This document shows, piece after piece, positions 8,654-18,627 of a DNA stretch of 64,000 nucleotides. Position 1 is the stretch's first letter. The number at the start of each line of letters is the position of its first letter. Both the position numbers and the translations under genes were made by a program. The DNA is from a virus (Duplodnaviria; Caudoviricetes): positions 1 to 64,000 of the IMG/VR virus record IMGVR_UViG_2896164284_000005; one strand, 5' to 3'. The notes below the pieces were generated by a model. That model was given only the letters and a program-made list of their open reading frames with translations. It was not told where the DNA came from and made no database searches.

Positions 8654-11600
8654 TTAGGTAAATGCCCCACCTGCGCGGAAATTATTCTGAATGGCATTAT
8701 TCACTTCTTTTTTCGCAATAGTTGTCATGGTTTGCAATAATTCCACGGTAATCTGCATCTGTCCGTCTTTCTCTTCACTGCTGACCTTGGCTTGCGTCGG
8801 GCTCCCATTGTTGATAATTTGAACATTCACTGATTGCTTTCCGCTTTGTGTAGTATTTTTACCCTGATTACTCAGAAATGTTTTTAAATCTTGGTTTGTA
8901 CGACTATCTACAACGCGCTCACCACGATCAAGCAACCAAGTTCCTTCCTTTGGTATGCTATCAATACCTGAGTGAGCCATACCGCTCAAACTGATACTTG
9001 TCAGTTGAGAAATAACACTCATCCCAGCGGAAGCCACTGCAGCCATATTTGCAAATTTTTGAGCTGGTGTCATCGCTGTTCCATCGCCCATTGCCTGCAC
9101 AATCGCTTGTTGAAGTCTAACCATTGAATCTGCAACTGCAAAAGCTTTTGACATCGCAAACATTGTTTTATAAACACCAGATTGCTTGCCCATTGATTGT
9201 GCAGCTAAATCAGCCATTTGACCAAATGCACCGCCTAAATTTTGCAACCCAGCAGAGTAATTTGATAAATCCTCAAGAATCGTTTTACTACGATATTGTT
9301 CTTCAAGTTGATTTTTTCTTTTCAAAAAATCTTCGTGACTAATTAGCGTTAGATCGTACATTGACTGATTTTCTGCTAGTTTCGTAGCTTGCTCATTCTT
9401 CATTGCTTGCATAGGGTCGAACTCTGCTTTCCAGCGGTCATAGCCGCTCACCGCATTTTGCCCGGCTAATTGAGCTTGTTTATTTCCTGCCTCCCAAGTG
9501 GCATTTTCTGTGGCTTTTTTCGCTTGGTCATGAGTTAAAAGCCCTGCCGCATTGAGTTGTTGAATATCTTGCAAATGCTCTTTTAGCTCGCGTGCATATT
9601 GCAACTCAGGGGCGAACTGTTCTGCTAATTTTGCACGTTCATTGGCAAAACGTTGTGAAATCGCCAATTTTGCTGACTCATATTCTTCGTGTGAAACTAC
9701 CCCTTTTTTATTATGCTCTTCCAAACGTTGGAACATTCGCTGTTGCTCGGCGTCAATTTCTTCAAGGGTGGAACGGCTGTGTTTGCGAACTTCATCATAA
9801 AATTGAAGCCAACTATCGCGCGCTTTTTCACCGCCGCCGCTCTTACTTGGTTTCAAACTTTGGTTAATACCCGCTGTTTGCGTCTGATCTTTGAACATCC
9901 CTTGTAATACTTTCCTGCCCTCAATCAGTTTATTTAAGGTTTCGATAGATAAATCAATGCCTTTATCAGCCGCATTCGCTGCAGTAATCGTACCGTTGGC
10001 AATATCAATTAGTACCTGATTATATTCAGCGCCTTTATCGCCAAGCAATTCATATAAGCCTGCTAAAACAAAGGCGGACTCTGCCTGTCCTTGTTGTTTT
10101 AATTTTGCCACTTCAAGATTTTGCGCTACCGTTAAAGCGCGTTCTTTTAATTTTTTAAACGCCTCATCTAGTTCTAAATTGTTTTTTACTCCACCTTGCG
10201 CCGCCTCTTTCTGTTGTTTTATCGTATTGCTTAAACCGGCAATGACGCTATCTGCCGTATTGGCATCAACGCCTAAGTTTTTCATTTTGGTGCGAAAATC
10301 ATCAATACTTTTGCCATTTGACAAGAACACCCCACCAAGTGCGGTTAATTGGTTGGTTAAAACTGAAAGATCGATATTTTTATTTTCTCGAATCTTTTCT
10401 AATTCCGCGTTTAATTTTTCAATATCTTGCTTGGAACTTTCAAATAACTCCAAACCAAATTGCCAAGCGCTGGTTTGAATTTGGGAAATTTCCGCTTGCA
10501 CTTTGGAAATTTGCTCACCATAATTTTCCATTGCTTGAATTTGATCAAAAATTTTCAAGGTCAACGCGCTTTCACTTAAGCCGTCATAACTTTCTTTTAA
10601 GCGATTATTGGCACTCTCGGTATCTAACGCCGCCTCTTTTGCCTCTTGTGCCTTTTGGCTGAAATAAAATAATGCACCTGCTGCAATAGTTGCCGCTCCC
10701 ATAGGGCCACCAATTAACCCCAATGCGCCACTTAATAAATTTTTGGCTCCTGCGGCTGCACTGCTTGCAATCGATGCGCGTTGAGAGGCTGTTGCGAGAT
10801 TATTCATAGCTGCCGCCTCAGCATTGGCAAGGCCTGTTATCACTTGCGCCTGTTGTGCCATTCTCGCGCGAATTGCCATTCTTGCCTGCTCCGTTTGTGC
10901 TAATTGCATTTGTACACTTAGCGAACGCATATAGGCTTGTGCCGCAGTTAACTCTGCTGCTGCTTGCGTTTGTGTTGCTTTTGCCGCGGTTAAATTTGCC
11001 TGTGCTTGTTTATAGGCTTCAACTCTTGCTAAGACTAAGGTAGATATAAACTTGGCTCCGTTGCCTGTGGCAATGGCTAAAAGCGCACCGGCTAAATACT
11101 CAAAATTCTGCGCAAGAAAAGAAATACCTGCCGCTAAGTTTTCTGTAATACCTAAAGTGCGGTTTTGTTCATCCGCAAATTTCATAAAAGAGTTTTCCAT
11201 TTGTTGCATTGCGCCACCAAATGAAATCGGCATTTGTTCAAATTTTTGGTTAATTTTTTCTGTTGAGCCATTAAAGGCGTCAAAAATCAATTTAGATGTT
11301 AATTGTCCTTCGCTTGCCAGTTTTTTCACTTCGGCACGACTTTTACCCATATATTCTGCAAGCACATCAAGAATAATCGGCGCTGATTCCGCAATGGATT
11401 TAAATTCATCGCCTTGTAATTGCCCTGAACCTAGCGCTTGTGACAATTGGAATAAGGCGTTAGCTTGTTCTTGAGCACCTACACCACCGACAGCCATTGC
11501 TTTATTCATTGTTTCAGTAAATTGCAGAATATCTTTTTGCGCATAGCCATAATCTTTTAAAGCACGAGCCGAACGCGTATATAATGAAGTTGTTGCCTCT

Positions 11601-11914
11601 AAACTTCCTCTTGTACGTTGGGCAATCTCAAATAATTCCTTTTGCACTTGGTTCATTTCAGTCATAGAACTTGTCACAAACTGCACTTGATTGCGTAAAG
11701 ACTGCATTTTGTCCACCAGCGCTAAGATGTGGGAAATCCCACCGCCTATTCCAGATAAAGCTAATAACGCTTGTAAACGTCCAAAGCATTTATTCAATTG
11801 TTCAGTGGCGGTTTCTGTTCTTTTTGCGGCGCGTTCAACATTGTTTAAATCTCGAGTGGATTTTTCTGCGCCGTTTGTGGTCACCTTGATTGCTAAGGTT
11901 GCTAAATCTGTCAT
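8654..11914 (-). CDS. Tail tape measure protein
   Basis: 1086 aa, Ala-rich helical; QLSQALGSGQLQGDEF; GMAHSGID..GTWLLDRGERV. Confidence 0.95.
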   Translation of the reverse strand: MTDLATLAIKVTTNGAEKSTRDLNNVERAAKRTETATEQLNKCFGRLQALLALSGIGGGISHILALVDKMQSLRNQVQFVTSSMTEMNQVQKELFEIAQRTRGSLEATTSLYTRSARALKDYGYAQKDILQFTETMNKAMAVGGVGAQEQANALFQLSQALGSGQLQGDEFKSIAESAPIILDVLAEYMGKSRAEVKKLASEGQLTSKLIFDAFNGSTEKINQKFEQMPISFGGAMQQMENSFMKFADEQNRTLGITENLAAGISFLAQNFEYLAGALLAIATGNGAKFISTLVLARVEAYKQAQANLTAAKATQTQAAAELTAAQAYMRSLSVQMQLAQTEQARMAIRARMAQQAQVITGLANAEAAAMNNLATASQRASIASSAAAGAKNLLSGALGLIGGPMGAATIAAGALFYFSQKAQEAKEAALDTESANNRLKESYDGLSESALTLKIFDQIQAMENYGEQISKVQAEISQIQTSAWQFGLELFESSKQDIEKLNAELEKIRENKNIDLSVLTNQLTALGGVFLSNGKSIDDFRTKMKNLGVDANTADSVIAGLSNTIKQQKEAAQGGVKNNLELDEAFKKLKERALTVAQNLEVAKLKQQGQAESAFVLAGLYELLGDKGAEYNQVLIDIANGTITAANAADKGIDLSIETLNKLIEGRKVLQGMFKDQTQTAGINQSLKPSKSGGGEKARDSWLQFYDEVRKHSRSTLEEIDAEQQRMFQRLEEHNKKGVVSHEEYESAKLAISQRFANERAKLAEQFAPELQYARELKEHLQDIQQLNAAGLLTHDQAKKATENATWEAGNKQAQLAGQNAVSGYDRWKAEFDPMQAMKNEQATKLAENQSMYDLTLISHEDFLKRKNQLEEQYRSKTILEDLSNYSAGLQNLGGAFGQMADLAAQSMGKQSGVYKTMFAMSKAFAVADSMVRLQQAIVQAMGDGTAMTPAQKFANMAAVASAGMSVISQLTSISLSGMAHSGIDSIPKEGTWLLDRGERVVDSRTNQDLKTFLSNQGKNTTQSGKQSVNVQIINNGSPTQAKVSSEEKDGQMQITVELLQTMTTIAKKEVNNAIQNNFRAGGAFT

Positions 11915-11988
11915 TTTTCCTACCTCAAAAATAAAACCGCTTGTATCTCATGACACAAGCGGTTTGATATTGATATTTTTTGCAAAAT

Positions 11989-12273
11989 CTATTTAATGAT
12001 TACATATTTTACCCGATTCTTTTCGACTTCTTTTTGCTGTTGAACTTCCAGCTCTTTCTTTAATCGATCCAAATAGATCTTGTTTTTATAAAGCCCAATC
12101 GCAACAGAACCAATAAGAGTGACAGATAGACCAAAAATCGCAGCATGAAAGAGCGTAATATCTTGAGCAAAAGCCCCTAATACGAAAAATATAACCCAAC
12201 TCATCAGCCAACCGATGAAAACGACTTTTACACAGGAAAATAAGAACATATATCCCCCTCTAAGTTTTTTCAA
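11989..12273 (-). CDS. Small membrane protein (moron)
   Basis: Two hydrophobic segments; start uncertain. Confidence 0.6.
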   Translation of the reverse strand: MKKLRGGYMFLFSCVKVVFIGWLMSWVIFFVLGAFAQDITLFHAAIFGLSVTLIGSVAIGLYKNKIYLDRLKKELEVQQQKEVEKNRVKYVIIK

Positions 12274-12384
12274 AATGTATCATCTTAACAAGGCTACTGC
12301 AATATAAAATGTGATTTATTACTTGTATTACAATTATTACCACTCTATACTTATTCCAACACCTTAATGTAAGAGGATAACACG

Positions 12385-12630
12385 ATGGCATTAACAGTAA
12401 GACTACCAGACGAATTACAACAACGCTTAGATCATCTATCCGTCCAAACAGGGCGAGCAAAATCTTTTTATGTCAAAGAAGCATTAGAAGCCTATTTGGA
12501 AGACTTAGAAAATTTACTCTTAGCTAATGCTGTTCTTGAGCGTGTCCGTTCAGGTAAAGAAAAAACCTATTCATTAGAGGAAGTCGAGAATGAGCTTAAC
12601 TTGGAACGTCATCTTAGCGGAAACCGCTAA
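12385..12630 (+). CDS. relB: RelB/CopG-like RHH antitoxin
   Basis: LTVRLP..RL..L...TGRAKSFYVKEALE. Confidence 0.88.
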   Translation: MALTVRLPDELQQRLDHLSVQTGRAKSFYVKEALEAYLEDLENLLLANAVLERVRSGKEKTYSLEEVENELNLERHLSGNR

Positions 12631-12868
12631 AAAGCAATTAGCCAAACTCGCCAAGAAAAATCCTCAACAGGCTCAACAAATTATCCGTTACCTCAAAACC
12701 TTAGCGACGCTCGAAAATCCACGAGATCGGGGCAAAGGTTTAGTTGGCGATTTATCTGGAATGTGGCGTTATCGTGTTGGAGATTACCGCATCATTTGCC
12801 ATATTGATAATGGAGAATTGTTGATAACTGCCTTAGAAATCGGGCATCGAAGAGAGATTTATCATTAA
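12590..12868 (+). CDS. relE: RelE/ParE-family toxin
   Basis: GKGLVGDLSGMWRYRVGDYRII..IGHRREIY. Confidence 0.92.
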   Translation: MSLTWNVILAETAKKQLAKLAKKNPQQAQQIIRYLKTLATLENPRDRGKGLVGDLSGMWRYRVGDYRIICHIDNGELLITALEIGHRREIYH

Positions 12869-12955
12869 TCAAAACCGAAACACTCACGGAATGGCTTAAT
12901 GCCTTTCTTGATGAGGTTTCGGTTTTGATAATTTAAAGCATTTGTTCAGTAATAC

Positions 12956-13474
12956 TTATTGGGAAATAACAATTTTTGACTTGTGACCTTTACTCACTGT
13001 AACATTTTTAATTAGATAGCCACCTTGACGCTCCATCCCAAATTGACCTGGAACACTCCAAACAACTTCTGTAACTACAATATAATTTCCGTCTTTTATA
13101 GACTCGAACTCAAAATTACCTTCAGCATCACACGTTGTAGTTTTCTTCAACACTTCAAACTCAGGTACATTAGGGGTAAATGTATCAATAGATTTGAGCC
13201 TACTCCCCAACCAAGCATTTACTGGGTATTGAGCATCTAATCTTGCATTGGAGTATTGACTATAAGGATACAAATCAACTGCTGAACCTGCACAATTTAC
13301 CACACCGCCACCTTTTTGGCGTAAAAATGCATTACCTTTTAAAGTTTCTTTCCCAGTTTCCAACTGCTGTTTCGCCTGATGTGCATCAAAAGAATATGGA
13401 ATGTTTACCTGTTTTGATGTCATACATCCAGTTAAAAGTGTTGCAAAAATAGAAATTGCTAATATTTTTTTCAT
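12956..13474 (-). CDS. Lipoprotein moron
   Basis: MKKILAISIFATLLTGC lipobox; beta-sandwich-like CDAEGNFEF. Confidence 0.8.
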   Translation of the reverse strand: MKKILAISIFATLLTGCMTSKQVNIPYSFDAHQAKQQLETGKETLKGNAFLRQKGGGVVNCAGSAVDLYPYSQYSNARLDAQYPVNAWLGSRLKSIDTFTPNVPEFEVLKKTTTCDAEGNFEFESIKDGNYIVVTEVVWSVPGQFGMERQGGYLIKNVTVSKGHKSKIVISQ

Positions 13475-13550
13475 AAATAAAATCTCCACATAAGAAAGTT
13501 TGCTTATTCTATATCAAAGCTATTTTATTTCTATGAAGCAGATCACAAAT

Positions 13551-13889
13551 TTACAAAATCACCTCTCTAAATTGAGCTGAAAGCGTCCAAAAGCCTTGTT
13601 GTTGGTTTGTTTTCCATTCATCACAACGAAATTTCCCTTGCGTTGAATCGTGCGGAGTCCATAAAAAGGCTTTCACTCCTCCCTGTTTATTGAGGAAATC
13701 ATCAATCTGCTTAATTCTGCTTGTTGGGCCACTGAAAGAAACATCATAAACTCGCAAAATATGATTTAAGCCTTTTGGGGAAACTTGTTCATAACCGTCA
13801 CCAAACCCCACTTGAAAGACTTCAGGTTTTTTATTGAGTTGCATTCCCCAATCAGGGTTGAAATTAAAGGTTTCCATTGCCTTCCTCAT
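13551..13889 (-). CDS. Minor tail protein M
   Basis: FGDGYEQ..GLN, GGVKAFLWTP. Confidence 0.9.
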   Translation of the reverse strand: MRKAMETFNFNPDWGMQLNKKPEVFQVGFGDGYEQVSPKGLNHILRVYDVSFSGPTSRIKQIDDFLNKQGGVKAFLWTPHDSTQGKFRCDEWKTNQQQGFWTLSAQFREVIL

Positions 13890-14208
13890 TTTGTGTGTTT
13901 AGAAATATTACGTCCAATTGCTTGATTACGTTGATTTCCCACATGGCTAAGTTCATTTTAAACAACCGATTCCATGCTTCAATCTCAGCGTAAGTAATGG
14001 GGCAAAGCCCCATACCTGACTGACGAGAAAGAGATAGCTGATAAAAAAAGCCCAGCAGATGACTCACTGCAGTGCTAATCTCAATGTTTTCCAGTTCCGG
14101 CGGCATTTCGCCTGTCTGAGCTTGAATTACCAAAAGGTGTTCGCGCAAAGTACAAGTTGATCCTTTAGGTTTTCGGTTTAATTCAAACTCTTTTTTGGCA
14201 TGCGTCAA
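13864..14208 (-). CDS. Tail assembly chaperone, -1 frameshift extension (T-like)
   Basis: Open -1 frame reached from GGGAAAG; PITYAEIEAW motif. Confidence 0.8.
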   Translation of the reverse strand: MTHAKKEFELNRKPKGSTCTLREHLLVIQAQTGEMPPELENIEISTAVSHLLGFFYQLSLSRQSGMGLCPITYAEIEAWNRLFKMNLAMWEINVIKQLDVIFLNTQNEEGNGNL

Positions 14209-14219
14209 TAAGTCGGCAA

Positions 14220-14624
14220 TTAATGTTTCAAGAACTTTCCCAAATCATTGGAATGGTCAAGGATTTGCTCAATCATCCAATCACATTCCGTTAATAACAT
14301 TCGGGCGTTTTCTTCCGTAAACGGCAATTCTTTTTTGTCGCCAAATTCTACATTTTCCCAGTCAACCATACGATTTAATGCCAGTTCAATGCTATCTTCT
14401 TTGATTTCACCCAATTCTTTAAATTTTGGATGACGGGTGCGCGCATTTTCCAATTCGCGCTTTTGCTCTTTGCGTAATTGTTTTGCAAAAAAGGCTTGTG
14501 CGCGATCAGATTTCGCACTCACAACGTGAATGAATACCCCTAATCCCTCTCCTGTGACAGGATGTGTCAGTTCAAAACGGTATTTTTCTGAAATGCTGTC
14601 TTTTGCAAGATCTTTTAAGTTCAT
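14220..14624 (-). CDS. Tail assembly chaperone (G-like)
   Basis: Follows tail tube gene; ends in slippery G GGA AAG. Confidence 0.85.
   Translation of the reverse strand: MNLKDLAKDSISEKYRFELTHPVTGEGLGVFIHVVSAKSDRAQAFFAKQLRKEQKRELENARTRHPKFKELGEIKEDSIELALNRMVDWENVEFGDKKELPFTEENARMLLTECDWMIEQILDHSNDLGKFLKH
14235..14241 (-). other. Programmed -1 frameshift site GGGAAAG
   Basis: In X XXY YYZ register of the G-like ORF; same heptamer as lambda G/T; -1 frame is open into 13864-14208. Confidence 0.85.
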
Positions 14625-14639
14625 TGTAATTCCTCTCTA

Positions 14640-15644
14640 TTAAGCCAATGTATCTTGTACAATCATTGTAGTTGCTTTTTTCAAGCTGTCATCAATGGTG
14701 CTTTCTGCATCATAAACCGCAGGGAATGCGTCAAAATTTAATGTTTGGATCAGGTTATCGCCACTACTTACCTCTGATGAGGTGAGTTTCACACCTGGTA
14801 AAATTAACGTGACATAATCTGAGTTGGCTTCACTTTCAGCGTCCATTCGCAAGGCAAGTGAAAGGGATGTACCATTTCTGACCGCTTGCCACATAGCTTT
14901 ATCTTTCAAGTATGTAGAAAACGAACCGCTGACTTTGACCGTGCCGATAAATACATCAGGCGCATAAGTTGCACCTAAAACAGGCTCACTGCTTGCACCG
15001 AGATCGATGTCAATTTTAAAACCCGTAACAAAGCCTACTTCTTCTTTATTAAGTAACAGCTTTCCTTTTACCCCGGCTAATTTTCCTGATTGAGCAATCG
15101 GAGTAGGATTTGTAAAGTAAATGGCTTGTAGCTCTTCACTTTTTTGCCCTAAGAATGAAACAGTGACAGAGGAAATACCGTTAGGCTGAACATCAATGCT
15201 TATCTTAGAAACACGACAACCTGTATAAACACGGTTTACGTTAATATCTTGGAAAATCTCTTCGATGGTGAATGAGTCCGTGGTGTGATTGGTTTCAGGC
15301 ACAATGAGAATTTTCCCGTTTTTCTCGCCGGTACCATTTGACGTTTTCTTAATAATCGGGGCTTTAGCCTCTGCGGTAAATGTACCACGCAAAACCGCTG
15401 CAAAGAACTGCGACCATTGCCCGGCTGATAGCTCACCTTTAATGTCGCCCTCGACCTTTTCAAAACCGACAATAGAGGCGGAACGTTGTAAATCAGAACG
15501 AATTTCTTCTGATTGGAACGATTCAAAATTGGCATTTAAGGATGTTTCAATGCGTGGAATGATTTTGGCTCCCGTTTTAGCCGGTTTTGTACCAAAAACA
15601 GTTTCCTTACTAACAACCAGTGTTCTTTTGACTTCTTGAGCCAT
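14640..15644 (-). CDS. Major tail tube protein
   Basis: 334 aa; SEEIRSD, YTGCRVSK motifs; gene position. Confidence 0.85.
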   Translation of the reverse strand: MAQEVKRTLVVSKETVFGTKPAKTGAKIIPRIETSLNANFESFQSEEIRSDLQRSASIVGFEKVEGDIKGELSAGQWSQFFAAVLRGTFTAEAKAPIIKKTSNGTGEKNGKILIVPETNHTTDSFTIEEIFQDINVNRVYTGCRVSKISIDVQPNGISSVTVSFLGQKSEELQAIYFTNPTPIAQSGKLAGVKGKLLLNKEEVGFVTGFKIDIDLGASSEPVLGATYAPDVFIGTVKVSGSFSTYLKDKAMWQAVRNGTSLSLALRMDAESEANSDYVTLILPGVKLTSSEVSSGDNLIQTLNFDAFPAVYDAESTIDDSLKKATTMIVQDTLA

Positions 15645-15646
15645 AG

Positions 15647-16054
15647 TTACTCCTTATTCAGCTCGTAGGCTGTGTAATGGATTGTGATAGGTAAAGCCAA
15701 CTTATCATCATTCAAAAAAATACCGCCAATGGTGGGCGGTTGAGAGATAACAACTTGAACATTCTCTTCAATGATAGATTGACCGTAAAAATGATTGCGG
15801 ATTAGCTCCGCTCTTTCTTCGATAGCGTGCGTGCCGTTGCCATTTGGATAGAACAAGGTCACCTGTAAAAACCCTGTTTCAACAGAAAGCGGTTTATCAG
15901 AAATGCTTGCTGTATCGCTGGTTGTTACAGAAAGAAAAACCGCTTGATAAGGCAAACTCACTTTATTGTTTACCCCCTCCCAAGCGGTACTGAACGTGCC
16001 TAATTCCGTTAGTTGCGTTTGTAGAATGGATCGAATGATTTTTTTCATTACCAA
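15647..16054 (-). CDS. Tail terminator-like protein
   Basis: TAWEG, GFLQVTLFYP.G.G; gene position. Confidence 0.75.
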   Translation of the reverse strand: MVMKKIIRSILQTQLTELGTFSTAWEGVNNKVSLPYQAVFLSVTTSDTASISDKPLSVETGFLQVTLFYPNGNGTHAIEERAELIRNHFYGQSIIEENVQVVISQPPTIGGIFLNDDKLALPITIHYTAYELNKE

Positions 16055-16461
16055 AGCCCTAATGTTGGATTTCTAGCTAAATATGCTTTTAACTCTTTAA
16101 CGGTTATCCGAACCATACCTTGAGGAGCTTGGATAGAATAACCATTCTTCGTTTTCCCTGTTGGCTTTTTCGGTGGGTTAGGATAAAGCCCATATTCCAA
16201 CGCAGGGGCATAAGGCAAGTTAGTCGCAATATAAATCACATTGCCAAATTTCGCTTTGGCAATATCTTCATTTGAACCATTAAAATTCGTGGGTAAAGCG
16301 GAAACAGACACCGTCCAACTTCGCCTTAACGCTCCTGTATCAACAGGCGATTTCGCTTGCACTTTCGCAAAAGCCTCTAACGCTACTTTACGAATGACTA
16401 AGTTTTTCCGTTGCTCAATCTGCTCAATTTGTTGCTGAATTTGTGCAATAAAACTACTCAT
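16048..16461 (-). CDS. HK97 gp10-like neck protein
   Basis: SPVDTGALRRSW, NLPYAPALEYG. Confidence 0.88.
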   Translation of the reverse strand: MSSFIAQIQQQIEQIEQRKNLVIRKVALEAFAKVQAKSPVDTGALRRSWTVSVSALPTNFNGSNEDIAKAKFGNVIYIATNLPYAPALEYGLYPNPPKKPTGKTKNGYSIQAPQGMVRITVKELKAYLARNPTLGLW

Positions 16462-16462
16462 C

Positions 16463-16819
16463 TCATTGTTTCCGCCCTTGGCATTGATAAAGCATTGCAA
16501 CGTTAGCCGGTTTTATCGGTTGAACAGCAATAATGCTCCACACTTCGCTATTCACTTCAATCGCTGAGCCTGCCTCTGCTTTTTCTGTCAGATAAATAAC
16601 CACATCGCCTTGCTGTACCGTTGCAAACTCTCGGCTTGCTGAAAAATCATAAGCCAGATTATCAAAAAGACAGTAAGCACTTTGTTTACTGATTTCAGTT
16701 TGCATTTTTCCCGTAGTTGGATCGTATTGCCCAGATATTTGTGTTTTAATCACACAAGGCGAACCAAACTTCTGAATTAACTGCTTGGAGATTTGCTTTA
16801 GTTTGCCGTACAAATTCAA
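16463..16819 (-). CDS. Head closure protein
   Basis: LIQKFG, YDPTTG; gene position. Confidence 0.7.
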   Translation of the reverse strand: MNLYGKLKQISKQLIQKFGSPCVIKTQISGQYDPTTGKMQTEISKQSAYCLFDNLAYDFSASREFATVQQGDVVIYLTEKAEAGSAIEVNSEVWSIIAVQPIKPANVAMLYQCQGRKQ

Positions 16820-16821
16820 GC

Positions 16822-17268
16822 CTACCCCCTTAACAATGACACATTGTTAGTAGATGATGAATTTAAAAAGCGAGAAAGCAACGTTTTGACATACTCAAAC
16901 CGATTGCTGCTACCACTGATAACCGCTTGATTTTCGTAATTGACAGAAATAGGCCCCACTTTCACACTTGCCATCTTCTGCTCTGGGTTCTGATTCAGAT
17001 CTGACTGCAATGCTAATTCGCAAACCGCATATTTCACTTGTAACGGAATTTCGCTACTCTCACGTGGGAATTGTCTGATTTGCGTAGGATCTGCTTTCTC
17101 TCCTATAAAGTGATAGTTGTGGTCAAGGAAATCTGATGCACTGACTAAGCGACGAGCTTTTTGTTCATCATCAAGTTCATTCCATACATCAAAACTGGCT
17201 CTCAATTGATGGTAGCTATTTGCCTCTTCGAGAGAAACATAACTATCCGTTGGTACGTTCAGGGTCAT
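16822..17268 (-). CDS. Head-tail adaptor protein
   Basis: DSYVSLEEA..Y, QFPR, VKYAVCELA. Confidence 0.75.
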   Translation of the reverse strand: MTLNVPTDSYVSLEEANSYHQLRASFDVWNELDDEQKARRLVSASDFLDHNYHFIGEKADPTQIRQFPRESSEIPLQVKYAVCELALQSDLNQNPEQKMASVKVGPISVNYENQAVISGSSNRFEYVKTLLSRFLNSSSTNNVSLLRG

Positions 17269-17593
17269 TGTCGCCCCCTTCCGCTTGCTTTAATAATGCA
17301 ATCAGCCCCTCTTTCTTCGCCCCTTGCGGAATCTCCACATTTAAGGCTTTAAGTGCAGCAGTTAATTCCGGCACGGTCATCTTGTCTAATGGTTTTTCTT
17401 GAGAAGATGATTCAGGCAATGTGTGTTTTGGTAAATGCTGATAACGTTCAGGTGCATCACCACAAACCGCATCGCATTGCTCAATAAAATCCGTTGCGTG
17501 ATATGAACCTAGATTTCGCATAATTAATCCATTTTCTTTTGCAAATTTCACATTTTCAGGTGAAAAATCGTGAGTAAAATAGAGAATTTTCAT
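17243..17593 (-). CDS. Capsid-linked protein with C-terminal HeH/LEM-like motif
   Basis: MTVPELTAALK...AKKEGLIALL. Confidence 0.65.
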   Translation of the reverse strand: MKILYFTHDFSPENVKFAKENGLIMRNLGSYHATDFIEQCDAVCGDAPERYQHLPKHTLPESSSQEKPLDKMTVPELTAALKALNVEIPQGAKKEGLIALLKQAEGGDNDPERTNG

Positions 17594-17648
17594 TCTAAAC
17601 TCCTAAAAAATAGAGCTAACCCTAACAGTTAGCTCTTTTAGCACTAAA

Positions 17649-18599
17649 TTAAAGTGTTTTGATTAACACACCTGCGGTATCTTTATCGAAAGTCGCAGAT
17701 TTAACCCAGTTTGTAGGCGTACCTAATGCCACATCATTTGGCGATTTGCCACCTGCTTGCATATCCCAAGTGTAACCATGGATACCAACATTGTAGGTCC
17801 ACTCAGCTTGATATGTTGCAGAGATATTTTCACCGCCTGTTTTCGGTACAATCACACTGTTAAAGTCATTATTACCACTAACAATGATTGCATTCTCCAC
17901 TAAACCAAGCGTGTTATACGCCGTATTTTGCGTATCAACTAATGCCGGGCTATCGGTAACAATAAACAAACGACCGAATGGATCACGAATGACATTGATA
18001 TTGTCATAAGTGAAAAGTTTTTCCGTATTCGTTAATGCATTGTCAAATAAGCTATGCATTGTGGTTGAATGCAACGCCCAGCCTTTAATCGCACTTGAAC
18101 GATCACCAAATAATGCCGCACCTTTATTCAAAGTACGGAATGTCGGTGCTTTCGTTTTATCATCAAGCACGGTTTTTGTGTTACCACCAATTGCAGCAAC
18201 ACCAGCTAATACAGCGGTGTTCAACATATCCGCCATACGAGCTTTAGCTAATTGCTCACCAATGGTAATTGCCGCTAATTCAGGATTTTTTAAGATCCAG
18301 TGATATTGTTGTGGTTCATATTCCAGTGGTGGCGTACCTGCTGCAACTTTTACCGCCACATTCAACATTTGTTGCAAACGTTTTGAGTCCACTGAACCTG
18401 AGCCATAAGCATTACGGCGGCGAACTAAACCGCTAATTGCTTTAAAGCTAGAACGGATATCAAAGTCCCCTTCCGTTGGTACATTCTGCAGAACGATAGT
18501 CCCTGCTGATGCCTCATTGAATTTTTGAATATCCTGATCAACCATTTCGGTTAATGCTGTTTGGGTCTGTTTATTAAAGACCTGTAAATCAAAAGCCAT
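17649..18599 (-). CDS. Major capsid protein
   Basis: 316 aa following scaffold gene; FNEASAGTI, GYTWD..GGKSP, DTAGV. Confidence 0.88.
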   Translation of the reverse strand: MAFDLQVFNKQTQTALTEMVDQDIQKFNEASAGTIVLQNVPTEGDFDIRSSFKAISGLVRRRNAYGSGSVDSKRLQQMLNVAVKVAAGTPPLEYEPQQYHWILKNPELAAITIGEQLAKARMADMLNTAVLAGVAAIGGNTKTVLDDKTKAPTFRTLNKGAALFGDRSSAIKGWALHSTTMHSLFDNALTNTEKLFTYDNINVIRDPFGRLFIVTDSPALVDTQNTAYNTLGLVENAIIVSGNNDFNSVIVPKTGGENISATYQAEWTYNVGIHGYTWDMQAGGKSPNDVALGTPTNWVKSATFDKDTAGVLIKTL

Positions 18600-18627
18600 A
18601 AATTCTCCTTATGGATTTAAATAATCA

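Noticed and set aside
11933-11966. Recurrent AAACCGCTT..AAGCGGTTT palindromes (also ~19417, ~43408, ~44685)
   Set aside because: Ordinary terminators built from uptake-signal-like sequences, common in Pasteurellaceae.
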